A DNA stretch of 64,000 nucleotides, taken from the NCBI GenBank assembly GCA_963621995.1, contig CAVFFZ010000001.1:134522-198521 (forward strand), in the 5' to 3' direction. The stretch's first letter is position 1. Each line of letters starts with the position of its first letter. Below the pieces are notes generated by a model, which had not been told where the DNA came from, did no database searches, and worked only from the letters and a program-made list of their open reading frames with translations. The position numbers were made by a program, and so were the translations under genes. Source of the stretch: Lachnospiraceae bacterium. GTDB taxonomy: Bacteria; Bacillota; Clostridia; TANB77; CAG-508. Positions 20,631 through 29,908 of the stretch are shown here, piece after piece.

Positions 20631-20749
20631 GAACAAAAGAGACATGATTAATATTTTTAGACATTTTAAAAACTTTTCATGTCTCGTCTTTGTTCGGTCG
20701 CCAAATTTTATGTAATAAAATTTGTGTGGAATGTTTAGCGAAGCATTTT
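20631..20749 (+). repeat. ~118-nt hairpin-rich repeat element, copy 1, orientation A. It ends on the first base of the NUDIX stop codon.
   Basis: GAACAAAAGAGACATGATTAATATTTTTAGACATTTTAAAAACTTTTCATGTCTCGTCTTTGTTCGGTCGCCAAATTTTATGTAATAAAATTTGTGTGGAATGTTTAGCGAAGCATTTT. Other copies are at 21393, 25973 and 56180. Confidence 0.8.
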
Positions 20750-21339
20750 CACTTATATATTTGTCTTTCGTTTTCTTTATTTTCTCTAATTCTATAATTA
20801 ACAAATTCATTTAAAACAGTTAGCATTTCTCTATTAAAATTTTCCCTTTTAATATCGTCTGTTTTATTATTTTCTATTAAATATCTTATAACAGATAAAT
20901 TTTCAAAAGAAATGCTAAAATTTCCACCTTTTTCATTTTGACTTAACATCTGTTTTTCTTCATTTACTTTTTCTTTTGTCTCTCCAAAATAGAAATAAGT
21001 AACAGTTAATCTATTAATATGTTTTCCAAGCTTTCTATCATAATAATTTCTATTATAATTATCTATTCTTAAAAATGGTTCCTCTTTCAATGCAACTTTT
21101 TCTATTCCACTCTCTTCTAATATTTCTCTCTTTAAAGCTTCTATTGTTTTTTCTTCTTCTATTTTTCCTCCTGGAAGCATTAATATTCCTGCATACTTTA
21201 CTAATAGTGCCTTGCCTTGCTCATCTAATATAACTCCTCTTGTTTTTTGTACTTTTCTTTCAATTTCTTCTTCCAACAAGTGATCCTCATTATATTTTAT
21301 TATTTTCACTATTTTTCCCCGTTTCATATTTTTTATCAT
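20749..21339 (-). CDS. NUDIX hydrolase
   Basis: Nudix box GGKIEEEKTIEALKREILEESGI (GX5EX7REUXEEXGU). Confidence 0.85.
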   Translation of the reverse strand: MIKNMKRGKIVKIIKYNEDHLLEEEIERKVQKTRGVILDEQGKALLVKYAGILMLPGGKIEEEKTIEALKREILEESGIEKVALKEEPFLRIDNYNRNYYDRKLGKHINRLTVTYFYFGETKEKVNEEKQMLSQNEKGGNFSISFENLSVIRYLIENNKTDDIKRENFNREMLTVLNEFVNYRIRENKENERQIYK

Positions 21340-21392
21340 ATTATCATAATTTTATTTCTTTTTCAACAAAACTTTCTATTATTTTTTTACAT

Positions 21393-21512
21393 GAACAAAA
21401 GAGGCATGATTAATATTTTTAGACATTTTAGAAAACTTTTCATGCTTCCTCTTTGTTCAACCGCCAAATTTTATGCAATAAAATTTGGGTGGAATGTTTT
21501 GTGAAGCATTTT
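21393..21512 (+). repeat. ~118-nt repeat element, copy 2, orientation A, upstream of the NUDIX gene
   Basis: GAACAAAAGAGGCATGATTAATATTTTTAGACATTTTAGAAAACTTTTCATGCTTCCTCTTTGTTCAACCGCCAAATTTTATGCAATAAAATTTGGGTGGAATGTTTTGTGAAGCATTTT. Confidence 0.8.
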
Positions 21513-21569
21513 ATATTCTATGAAAGTTTGGAAAACTTTCATAGAATATAAAAAAGTAGACAAAATTGT

Positions 21570-22871
21570 CTACTTTTCTCTTTCTACCTCTTCTTTAACA
21601 TATTCCATAGCTTTCATATATTCAATAGAGTTTAGTTTTATATATCCCATATAATATTCTAACATATTTCCCATTAGATTACATCTCTTTATTCTATATC
21701 CATTTTGTCTATTTTCTAATATTGTGTAACTTGGTGTCATTTCTTTTAATTCTTTTAAAAACTCCTCTTTGTTTTCTACACTAGGAAATATTCTCTCTTT
21801 TCCTGATCTTTTATCATGTGCTGCTGGTCCATTTGCTCTTGATAATTCTTCTCTATAAATAGAACGAAGTTGTAATTCAAATGTATATTCAGGATTATCT
21901 AAGTATTGAAATTTTATATGATCAGCTATATACCCATTTTCTTTATCTTTTCTTTTATATCCATCTTTTGGTATTTCGACATTTAAGTCTTGTAAGATTT
22001 GAGGATTATTTAATAGGTAATTTGCAAAATCTTTTTCTACTTCGATGCAACACATATCATTATATTTTGTTAGTTCTTTAGTTGAAGCTTCTTTTCTTTT
22101 TTCTATAACTCTTTGTATTCTTTTATTTTCTGTTTTTAATTCATCTGGTACATTTGCAATAACTATTTTAAAAGCTCTTAAATCTTTAGCTTTTAAATAT
22201 TCCATTGGTTTATGTAATTTTTCTTGCATTGCTTTATCTTCTTGTACTTCTTCTACACATTCCCAATGTAACAAGTTTTTTTCCGCCTTTTTTTCTCTTA
22301 TTGTAGCTTCTTTGCCATATTGTTCCTCTATGCTATTTATTATTTTTTCATTTTTTTCTAATTCTCCGTTTTGTAGTCTTATTTTAGCAACTCTTAAACA
22401 TGCTGTTTTCATGTTGTCACTTAATTGTTTTTCTTTCGCTAAATCTTGTATTTGTTCAAAAGATTTTATATCTTTATAAAACAGATTGTTTATTTTCTCT
22501 TGTATTTCTTTGCTTCTATCTATTTCACTATTTTGATCTATTTTACTTATTATTAAATTGCATAGTCTTTGTTTTTCTTCTAAACTAATTCCTTCTATTG
22601 CATATAATTTACAAAGTCTTTCTATCTCTAATTTATCTATTTTTCCTTTTAAGCTCCTTAAAGATTTTTCTCTTCCTCTTGGAGGTTCTATTGAAACTCC
22701 TTGATACCTATCAATAAACAAGTTGACTATTTGTAAAAAAGTTTGCTCCACCCTTTGCCTGTATTCTTCATTATGTTTCAATCCTAACTGTTGCTCATAT
22801 GAAATTTGGTCGGGTGACTTATCTACTTTGTAACGACTTTTTATTGTATCTATCATTTTTAATTTTTTCAC
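21570..22871 (-). CDS. Hypothetical 433-aa protein with RelA/SpoT-like (alarmone-synthetase type nucleotidyltransferase) signature blocks at both ends of a ~200-aa charged insertion
   Basis: N-terminal PRGREKSLRSLKGKIDKL resembles the RSH Syn block GRVKxxxSIxxKxxRK. C-terminal GYIADHIKFQYLDNPEYTFELQLRS resembles GYRSLH...EIQIRT. The DxxGxR Mg-binding block is not evident. Confidence 0.35.
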   Translation of the reverse strand: MKKLKMIDTIKSRYKVDKSPDQISYEQQLGLKHNEEYRQRVEQTFLQIVNLFIDRYQGVSIEPPRGREKSLRSLKGKIDKLEIERLCKLYAIEGISLEEKQRLCNLIISKIDQNSEIDRSKEIQEKINNLFYKDIKSFEQIQDLAKEKQLSDNMKTACLRVAKIRLQNGELEKNEKIINSIEEQYGKEATIREKKAEKNLLHWECVEEVQEDKAMQEKLHKPMEYLKAKDLRAFKIVIANVPDELKTENKRIQRVIEKRKEASTKELTKYNDMCCIEVEKDFANYLLNNPQILQDLNVEIPKDGYKRKDKENGYIADHIKFQYLDNPEYTFELQLRSIYREELSRANGPAAHDKRSGKERIFPSVENKEEFLKELKEMTPSYTILENRQNGYRIKRCNLMGNMLEYYMGYIKLNSIEYMKAMEYVKEEVEREK

Positions 22872-23034
22872 CTTCCTTTCAGCTAATATATTATATAATA
22901 TTTATTCAAAAAAGTCCATACTAATCACTAAATTTATTTTACATAATTTCTACATTTTTCTTTATTTTGTAACATTTTTCTTTGTTTTCTCATAATATGT
23001 ACTATAAATCTTTTAAATTAAGGAGGCTTTAAAT

Positions 23035-23388
23035 ATGTATAATTGTAAGTACAAAAGATGCTGTTGTCAAAATAATTTTGATCAAAATGTTTTAGAAACA
23101 ATTTGTAATGATTATGGTGTTGCAGCTGATTATTATACTAAAAAAGATGATAATGCATGTAATTGCGGCTTTGAACAAGGTGAATCTGTTTTTCCTCAAA
23201 ATCCTTTACTTGCACAAAGTTACGTTCCTATTCAGACAATAGATAAAACTTTTACTCCATGTGTTGGTTTAAAAATGGGCACTATTTTTCCTGAGCTTGT
23301 TAGCCCATATTCGCCATGTCAATCTGTTGAAGAAAATGCTTTTATAAAAGCTATGAATACTATTGGAGAGGGGTGTAACAAATGTTAG
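23035..23388 (+). CDS. cotJA: Spore coat protein CotJA
   Basis: Small Cys-rich protein heading a cotJA-cotJB-cotJC arrangement. Confidence 0.6.
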   Translation: MYNCKYKRCCCQNNFDQNVLETICNDYGVAADYYTKKDDNACNCGFEQGESVFPQNPLLAQSYVPIQTIDKTFTPCVGLKMGTIFPELVSPYSPCQSVEENAFIKAMNTIGEGCNKC

Positions 23389-23879
23389 AAAATGAAAATA
23401 GAAATTGTGGTTGTGGATTCTTAAGTAATAACAACCATATGATGAATAATAATGCTAATATGATGGTAGAAAATACTGACTATCCTAACGCTATGCCTAC
23501 AACTGCTGGAATTGGTATGAATTCAAATAATAATAATTGTTGTTGTAGTCCAAGTTGCAACACTCCAAGAGTTCCTGTATATTCTTATGAATTTACTAAT
23601 ATCGGGGCTGAAGAAACTTGTGAGGAAGAACAAGAAACTAGAGAAGAAATTCTTCAAAAAATTCGTTGTTTAAAATTTGCAATCGTAGAACTTGCAGAGT
23701 ATTTAGATACACACCCAGGAGATGAAAAAGCTCTTTGTCTTCACAGAGAATATGCTACTAAACTTAACGAATTAATGGAACAATATCAAAAGGTATTTGG
23801 ACCTCTTACTATAGCTTTTCCATGTAATAAATGGAGATGGCTTGAAGGACCTTGGCCTTGGGAAAGGGGGAGTTTTTAA
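23382..23879 (+). CDS. cotJB: Spore coat protein CotJB
   Basis: Conserved CotJB C-terminal block LKFAIVELAEYLDTHPGDEKAL...EQYQKVFGPLT. Confidence 0.7.
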   Translation: MLENENRNCGCGFLSNNNHMMNNNANMMVENTDYPNAMPTTAGIGMNSNNNNCCCSPSCNTPRVPVYSYEFTNIGAEETCEEEQETREEILQKIRCLKFAIVELAEYLDTHPGDEKALCLHREYATKLNELMEQYQKVFGPLTIAFPCNKWRWLEGPWPWERGSF

Positions 23880-24490
23880 TGTGGACTTATAATAAAGTAT
23901 TACAATACCCAATAAATATAAAATGTCCAAATCCTAGACTTGCTAAATATATAATTTCTCAATATGGTGGACCTGATGGAGAGCTTGGTGCTTCTCTTCG
24001 TTATTTATCTCAAAGATTTGCTATGCCAGATGAAAATGCAAAAGCAATTTTAAATGATATAGGTACAGAAGAATTAGCTCACTTAGAAATGGTTGGAAGT
24101 TTAGTACATCAATTAACAGATGGTGTTTGCCCTGAAGAATTAGAAAAAGCTGGACTTGGTGCCTATTATACAGACCATGGGGTAGATGTTTACCCTAGTT
24201 CAGCTGCTGGTAATCCTTGGACAGCAAGCTATATAGCTGCTAAAGGCGATCCTATTGCAAACCTTCAAGAAGACTTAGCAGCAGAACAAAAAGCTAGAGC
24301 AACTTATGAAAAATTAATTGATCTTTCAAAAGATGACCCTGAAGTTTTGGATGTCCTTCGTTTCTTACGTCAAAGAGAAATTGTTCACTTCCAAAGATTC
24401 GGTGAAGCTCTTCGTGGAGTTCAAGATAAATTAGCTGAAAAGAAATTTTATATGGCTAATTGCACTAAAAAAATGTGTGATAATAACTAG
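23852..24490 (+). CDS. cotJC: Spore coat protein CotJC (manganese catalase-like)
   Basis: MWTYNKVLQYPINIKCPNPRLAKYIISQYGGPDGELGASLRYLSQR matches the CotJC N-terminus. Confidence 0.85.
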   Translation: MALGKGEFLMWTYNKVLQYPINIKCPNPRLAKYIISQYGGPDGELGASLRYLSQRFAMPDENAKAILNDIGTEELAHLEMVGSLVHQLTDGVCPEELEKAGLGAYYTDHGVDVYPSSAAGNPWTASYIAAKGDPIANLQEDLAAEQKARATYEKLIDLSKDDPEVLDVLRFLRQREIVHFQRFGEALRGVQDKLAEKKFYMANCTKKMCDNN

Positions 24491-24696
24491 CTTCTAAAAC
24501 AATATTCGAATAAATTCATATAAATTTTATTTTTTCAAGAGTTTAAACACATTTAATTTATTTTATATAAAATGGTGGAAATTTATTTTGAATTCCCACC
24601 ATTTCATTTTTTATTTTCCAATATTTATCTTATATTCTATTGCCTACTCTAATTTTACCTGAGTATATTTAAGTATTAATGTCAATTTTCACAAAT

Positions 24697-25788
24697 TTAT
24701 ACATTAAATCTAAATAACACTATATCTCCGTCTTGCATTACATATTCTTTCCCTTCTGAGCGAACTAATCCTTTTTCCTTACATGCAAGCATAGAACCTT
24801 CTCTTATTAAATCATCATAAGAAACAACCTCTGCACGTATAAAGCCTCTTTCTATGTCTGAATGGATTTTTCCTGCTGCTTGTGGTGCTTTTGTTCCTTT
24901 TTTTATTGTCCAAGCTCTTACTTCTGGCTCTCCTGCTGTTAAGAAGCTCATTAAACCTAATAAATCATAACTTGTTTTTACAACTTTGTCTAATCCAGAT
25001 TCACTAAGTCCTAATGCTTCTAGCATTTCCTTCTTATCATTACCTTCTAGGCTAGATAATTCTTCTTCTATTTTTACACAAAGTGGAATTACTTTTGCAT
25101 TTTCTGTCTTAGCAAATTCTTCTACTTCTTTTACCATTTCATCATTTTCCGCATCTTCAATTTGTTCTTCTGAAACATTTGCTATATATAAAACTGGTTT
25201 TGAAGTAAGTAAATATAAATCTTTTATTTGTTCTTTTTCTTCGTCTGTAAGTTCTACTGTTCTTGCACATTTTCCTTGTTCTAAGGCTACTTTTATTTTT
25301 TCTAATACTTCTATTTCATCTGCTACCTTTTTATCCGCTTTTAATCTTTTTTTAGCACTATCTAATCTTTTTTCTACCATTTCCATATCTGAAAAGATTA
25401 ATTCTAAATTTATTGTTTCTATATCCCTTAGTGGAGCTATACTTCCATCTACATGGACAATGTTTGAATCTTCGAAGCATCTTACCACATGTGCTATTGC
25501 ATCTACTTCTCTAATATGTGATAGGAACTTATTTCCTAACCCTTCTCCCTTACTTGCTCCCTTTACTAAACCTGCTATATCAACAAATTCTATTATTGCG
25601 TGTGTTGTTTTTTCTGGTTTATACATTTGGGTTAATTTATCTAATCTTTCATCTGGTACAGGTACAACTCCTACATTTGGTTCTATTGTACAAAATGGAT
25701 AGTTTGCACATTCTGCCCCTGCATTTGTTATGCTATTAAATAATGTTGATTTTCCTACGTTTGGAAGTCCTACTATTCCTATTTTCAT
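24697..25788 (-). CDS. ychF: Ribosome-binding ATPase YchF (Obg-family GTPase)
   Basis: MKIGIVGLPNVGKSTLFN P-loop and TGS-like C-terminus. Confidence 0.9.
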   Translation of the reverse strand: MKIGIVGLPNVGKSTLFNSITNAGAECANYPFCTIEPNVGVVPVPDERLDKLTQMYKPEKTTHAIIEFVDIAGLVKGASKGEGLGNKFLSHIREVDAIAHVVRCFEDSNIVHVDGSIAPLRDIETINLELIFSDMEMVEKRLDSAKKRLKADKKVADEIEVLEKIKVALEQGKCARTVELTDEEKEQIKDLYLLTSKPVLYIANVSEEQIEDAENDEMVKEVEEFAKTENAKVIPLCVKIEEELSSLEGNDKKEMLEALGLSESGLDKVVKTSYDLLGLMSFLTAGEPEVRAWTIKKGTKAPQAAGKIHSDIERGFIRAEVVSYDDLIREGSMLACKEKGLVRSEGKEYVMQDGDIVLFRFNV

Positions 25789-25824
25789 TTATATTTCCTT
25801 CTTTCTTATTTTTTGCTTATTTTT

Positions 25825-25900
25825 TGGAGCTACTAACCAGAATCGAACTGGTGACCTCTACCTTACCAAGGTAGCACTCTACCTACTGAGCTATAGTAGC
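25825..25900 (-). tRNA. tRNA-Thr (GGU), CCA encoded
   Basis: Reverse complement GCTACTATAGCTCAGTAGGTAGAGTGCTACCTTGGTAAGGTAGAGGTCACCAGTTCGATTCTGGTTAGTAGCTCCA; anticodon loop TTGGTAA. Confidence 0.85.
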
Positions 25901-25972
25901 AAATATTATGAGTTCCATTATTGACACTCATTTTTAAATTCTAGAAAAGTTCTCTAAACTTTTCCAGAATTT

Positions 25973-26088
25973 AAAATGCTTTGCTAAACATTCCATCTAA
26001 ATCTTATTACATAAAATTTGGCAGTCGAACAAAAACAAGGCATGAAATTTTTTAATGTCTAAAAATATTAATCATACCTCTTTTGTTC
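25973..26088 (-). repeat. ~118-nt repeat element, copy 3. It is in orientation A relative to sigH and ends exactly one base before the sigH stop codon.
   Basis: Minus strand reads GAACAAAAGAGGTATGATTAATATTTTTAGACATTAAAAAATTTCATGCCTTGTTTTTGTTCGACTGCCAAATTTTATGTAATAAGATTTAGATGGAATGTTTAGCAAAGCATTTT. Confidence 0.8.
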
Positions 26089-26766
26089 TTATGCTTCATC
26101 TCCTATACTTTTTATTGCTTTTTTTCTTATTCTTTGAATAGCATTATCTATTGACTTTACAGGAGCGTCTAACTTTTCTGCAATTTGAACATAGCTTTCT
26201 CCTTGCATATATCTATTTAATACCTTTTTTTCGAAATCACTTAAAGATTTATCTATAGCAACTTCTACTGTTTTATAATATTCTTTTTTAGTTATTGTAT
26301 CTAATGGATCTTCTATTTGATGTGAATCAAATATGTCTAATAAGTTTGAATCTTCATCATCTTCATATGCTGCTGTATTTAAAGATAAATATGAATTAAG
26401 TGGCATATGTTTTTGTCTATTAGATGACTTTATTGCTGTAATTAGTTGTCTTTCAATACATAAGTTGGCAAATGTTTTAAAAGAATTTTGCATTTCTGGA
26501 TTATAATTTTTTACTGCTTTAAATAATCCTATTAAACCTTCTTGTACTATATCTTCTTTTTCTGCACCAATCATAAAGAATTTGCTTACTTTCATATTAA
26601 CTAATTCTTTATATTTTTCAATAAGAAACTCAAGAGCAAATTTATCCCCAGACTTAATTACAGTAATTAAGTCCTCATCACTCATGTTTTTATAATTGTC
26701 TGTAACTGAAAAATATAGGTTACTCTTTTTCATATTGTTTTTTATTCCCCTTTTGTTGAATTTCAT
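26089..26766 (-). CDS. sigH: Sporulation sigma factor SigH (Spo0H)
   Basis: Sigma-70 region 2 (EDIVQEGLIGLFKAVKNYNP), FKTFANLCIERQLITAIKSSNRQKH block and region 4 HTH (ESYVQIAEKLDAPVKSIDNAIQRIRKK). Confidence 0.8.
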   Translation of the reverse strand: MKFNKRGIKNNMKKSNLYFSVTDNYKNMSDEDLITVIKSGDKFALEFLIEKYKELVNMKVSKFFMIGAEKEDIVQEGLIGLFKAVKNYNPEMQNSFKTFANLCIERQLITAIKSSNRQKHMPLNSYLSLNTAAYEDDEDSNLLDIFDSHQIEDPLDTITKKEYYKTVEVAIDKSLSDFEKKVLNRYMQGESYVQIAEKLDAPVKSIDNAIQRIRKKAIKSIGDEA

Positions 26767-26890
26767 TATTTAGCTGTATTATATGGCAGTTTTTCTTAGA
26801 ATGTCAAGAGTTTTTTGACTTTTTATTGCTATTTTTTTGTTATTATATTATAATTATAAAAAAATTTTTAATTTAAAAGGAGTTTTACAC

Positions 26891-28597
26891 ATGGCTTTTG
26901 ACGGAATAGTTCTAAATTCTGTAGTATCGGAATTAAATACATGTTTAATAAATGGAAAAATAAACAAAATATACATGCCTAATTCAAATGAAATTTTATT
27001 AGGTATTTATTCTGGTGGAAAGAATTATTGTTTACTTTGTAACATCTCATCAAATAGTTATCGTACACATTTAACTACAACTAGCAAGCCAAACCCATTA
27101 AATGCTCCTAATTTTTGTATGTTACTTAGAAAACATTTAGTAGGTTCTAAAATTATAAATATTTCTACTTTAAGTTTAGAAAGAATTGTTACAATTGAAT
27201 TAGAAGGCTATAACGAACTAAATGATAAATTAAGAAAAAAATTAATAATTGAACTTATGGGAAAACATAGCAATATAATTTTATTAAATCAGAATAATAA
27301 AATTATAGATAGTATCAGGCATTTGGATATTTCTTCTGGTTCTCTTCGTGATATTTTACCTGCAAGAGAATATGTATTGCCAAATAATGATACTAAGATG
27401 GATTTTTACAATACCTCTAAGGAAGATTTCATGAATATCATTAATAATAATAATATAATTAGATCAATTACTAATAACTACACTGGTTTTAGTAATAGTT
27501 TCATATCTTCTATTTTAGAAAATTTGAATATTACTAATGAAAATTTTTCTAAAAACGACCTTTCTGCTTTATACGATACTATTAGGTCTATTTTGTTTAA
27601 TATTGAAACCAATAATGTTAAATTAATAAATTATAATATTAACGATTATGTAATAACTTCCTTTAATACTGAACCTTTACAAGTTAATTTCTTCTTAGAT
27701 GATTTTTATAGTAAAAAAGAAGAAAAAGATAATATAAGCACTTATAGGAATAGTCTTTTAAAATTAGTCTTAACTGCTTTAAAGAAAATATCTAAAAAAC
27801 TTGATAATATAAACTTAAAATTAAAAGAATGTGATAACATGGATAAATATAGGATTTATGGTGAACTTATTACTTCTAATTTATATAGATTAGACTCTAA
27901 TCAAAACTCCGAAAGTGTTGTTTTAGAAAATTATTACGATAATAATAATAAAATTACAATTCCTTTAGATAAAACATTTTCTATTTCTTATAATGCTAAA
28001 AAATTCTTTAAAAAGTATCATAAATTGAAAAATACTTTAGAAATTGTAAGCGTTCAAAAACAAGATACTATAAAGGAAATAGATTATTTAGAAAGTATAG
28101 TTTATGAATTAGAAAGTGCTAATTCAATTTCTGATTTAAATGAAATATATTTAGAAATTTCTGAGAATGGTATTTTTAAAGGAAAAGAAAAAGCTAATAT
28201 TAAGAAAAATAAAATTAATAAGAAAAAAGTTCACAATGAGTATGAACCAATTGTTTACACTGTAGATGGCTTTGCTCTATATGTTGGAAAAAACAATAAA
28301 CAAAATGATTATATAACTACTAAACTTGGAAAAAACGAAGACTATTGGTTTCATACTAAAGATATCCGTGGAAGCCACTGTCTGCTTAAATGCAATGGAA
28401 AAAGTGTAAAAGAACATACTCTGGTAGCTTGTTGCCAGATAGCTGCATTTCACAGTAAAGCAAAACTTTCTTCAAATGTACCTGTTGACTACTGCTTTGT
28501 AAAATATGTTAAAAAGCCTAACGGAAGTAAACCTGGTATGGTTATTTATACTAACAATAAAACAATGAATGTTAATCCTACTCCAAAAGCTCTTTAA
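26891..28597 (+). CDS. rqcH: RqcH / NFACT-family (fibronectin-binding protein A-like) ribosome quality-control protein
   Basis: N-terminus MAFDGIVLNSVVSELNTCLINGKINKIYMP; ~570-aa length with NFACT-R C-terminal region. Confidence 0.8.
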   Translation: MAFDGIVLNSVVSELNTCLINGKINKIYMPNSNEILLGIYSGGKNYCLLCNISSNSYRTHLTTTSKPNPLNAPNFCMLLRKHLVGSKIINISTLSLERIVTIELEGYNELNDKLRKKLIIELMGKHSNIILLNQNNKIIDSIRHLDISSGSLRDILPAREYVLPNNDTKMDFYNTSKEDFMNIINNNNIIRSITNNYTGFSNSFISSILENLNITNENFSKNDLSALYDTIRSILFNIETNNVKLINYNINDYVITSFNTEPLQVNFFLDDFYSKKEEKDNISTYRNSLLKLVLTALKKISKKLDNINLKLKECDNMDKYRIYGELITSNLYRLDSNQNSESVVLENYYDNNNKITIPLDKTFSISYNAKKFFKKYHKLKNTLEIVSVQKQDTIKEIDYLESIVYELESANSISDLNEIYLEISENGIFKGKEKANIKKNKINKKKVHNEYEPIVYTVDGFALYVGKNNKQNDYITTKLGKNEDYWFHTKDIRGSHCLLKCNGKSVKEHTLVACCQIAAFHSKAKLSSNVPVDYCFVKYVKKPNGSKPGMVIYTNNKTMNVNPTPKAL

Positions 28598-28624
28598 AAT
28601 TCAGAAATGGAGCAATTAAATTAT

Positions 28625-28672
28625 TAGAGGGTGGGTCGATTTAGTTTAACCAAAGTCTAAATTGACCCGCCC
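28625..28672. terminator. Bidirectional terminator hairpin AGGGTGGGTCGATTTAG...CTAAATTGACCCGCCCT between convergent genes
   Basis: 17-bp stem with two G-U pairs. Confidence 0.6.
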
Positions 28673-28714
28673 TTAATAGTTTAATCTTACACGTTCCTAA
28701 TAATATTTTTTAAT

Positions 28715-28960
28715 TTAGTCTCTTACTTTATATTCTATTTTTTCCATAAATGGAAACATTTCATATATTCTTTTTTTAGTAAGCATTTCCATTACTGGAT
28801 GAGGATTTTTTTCGTGAATTGATAAAAGTTTTTGTGTATAGCAATTATCTGCTGTTTTAAATAACATATATCTATTCCTTACATAAGTATAATATAGCTC
28901 ATACCCCTCATCTAATTCTTTTTCAAATCTTTCAAATGTATATTTATCTTTTCCGTCCAT
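28715..28960 (-). CDS. Hypothetical 81-aa protein
   Basis: ORF track only. Confidence 0.35.
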   Translation of the reverse strand: MDGKDKYTFERFEKELDEGYELYYTYVRNRYMLFKTADNCYTQKLLSIHEKNPHPVMEMLTKKRIYEMFPFMEKIEYKVRD

Positions 28961-28973
28961 AATTTCTTCCTTT

Positions 28974-29837
28974 TTATTCTATAGCATTGTCTGGCAATGT
29001 TTCTTCTAAACTTTGCCTATTTTTATCTAATTCTATTTGTTTTTCTTGTATATTTCTTATTGCTGCATTTTCATTGATATTTGCTTTTAATTTTCCTACA
29101 AATTTATCTCTTTGCGTTCCTATATAATGTTCCTGTTCACTTGCAATATTACGTTCATTTGTACACATTTCTATAGTATCTGCTACAATTTTTTCATCAA
29201 ATAGATTAATTTCTTTTTTAGTAATAGCAGGTAATTCTAGTATTGCTTTATTTAAAATCAAATTTACTTCATCTTCAAAAATTTGTTTTGCATGTTCTAT
29301 ATAAGCTTTTTCTTCTATTTCATTTTCTATATTAAATTCAATTTTCATAATTAATGCTTTTTTAGATGATTGTATTTCAGAAACTACAATTTCTCTTATT
29401 TCCTTTATACATTCCTCATTTTCTTTTTGGAATTTCATTTTGTTTTTTAAATTTATATCTTTTTTTTCTTTTTTTTCAGTTTCATTTAAATCATTGTCTT
29501 TCATTTTTTTACTTTTTTTTGTTGCAAACATGCTTATTAATATATTAGAAATTTTTTCTTTCATATTATTACATTTTGCTTCAAAAGCTAGTTCTTTTAA
29601 TCTATTTATTGAATATTTATCTTCTTCATAATCTTTTTTAGCATACCTTACTATATCGTTTAACATTATTGCAAATTTTCGATTATTTCCTACTATACTC
29701 CCTATACTAGTTAAATATTTTTTATATGCTTCTTCATAATCTAAGTAAATATTCTCTACTATTTCATTAATCTCTTGTGGCACATTTTGTCCATCTAAGT
29801 ATCTTCTAATTTTTTCTATTATTTGTCTTTCCTCCAT
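28974..29837 (-). CDS. Hypothetical 287-aa charged / coiled-coil protein
   Basis: ORF track; no recognisable motif. Confidence 0.4.
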   Translation of the reverse strand: MEERQIIEKIRRYLDGQNVPQEINEIVENIYLDYEEAYKKYLTSIGSIVGNNRKFAIMLNDIVRYAKKDYEEDKYSINRLKELAFEAKCNNMKEKISNILISMFATKKSKKMKDNDLNETEKKEKKDINLKNKMKFQKENEECIKEIREIVVSEIQSSKKALIMKIEFNIENEIEEKAYIEHAKQIFEDEVNLILNKAILELPAITKKEINLFDEKIVADTIEMCTNERNIASEQEHYIGTQRDKFVGKLKANINENAAIRNIQEKQIELDKNRQSLEETLPDNAIE

Positions 29838-29908
29838 TTTATTCCTCTTTGTTTTTCAATTATATTTAGCATGTATACAATATCTACTCTAATATTCATT
29901 CTTGCATG

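Noticed and set aside
20628-20810. A 60-aa minus-strand ORF spanning repeat copy 1 and the NUDIX 3' end.
   Set aside because: It reads through the structured repeat in a frame overlapping NUDIX and is not credible as a gene.
23035-23879. Cys-rich small ORFs (CCCQNN..., CNCG..., NNNNCCCSPSCNTP) looked like RiPP or bacteriocin precursors.
   Set aside because: They head an operon ending in an unmistakable CotJC (manganese-catalase-like spore coat protein). The second ORF has the CotJB HPGDE block. Together this is the cotJA-cotJB-cotJC spore coat operon.
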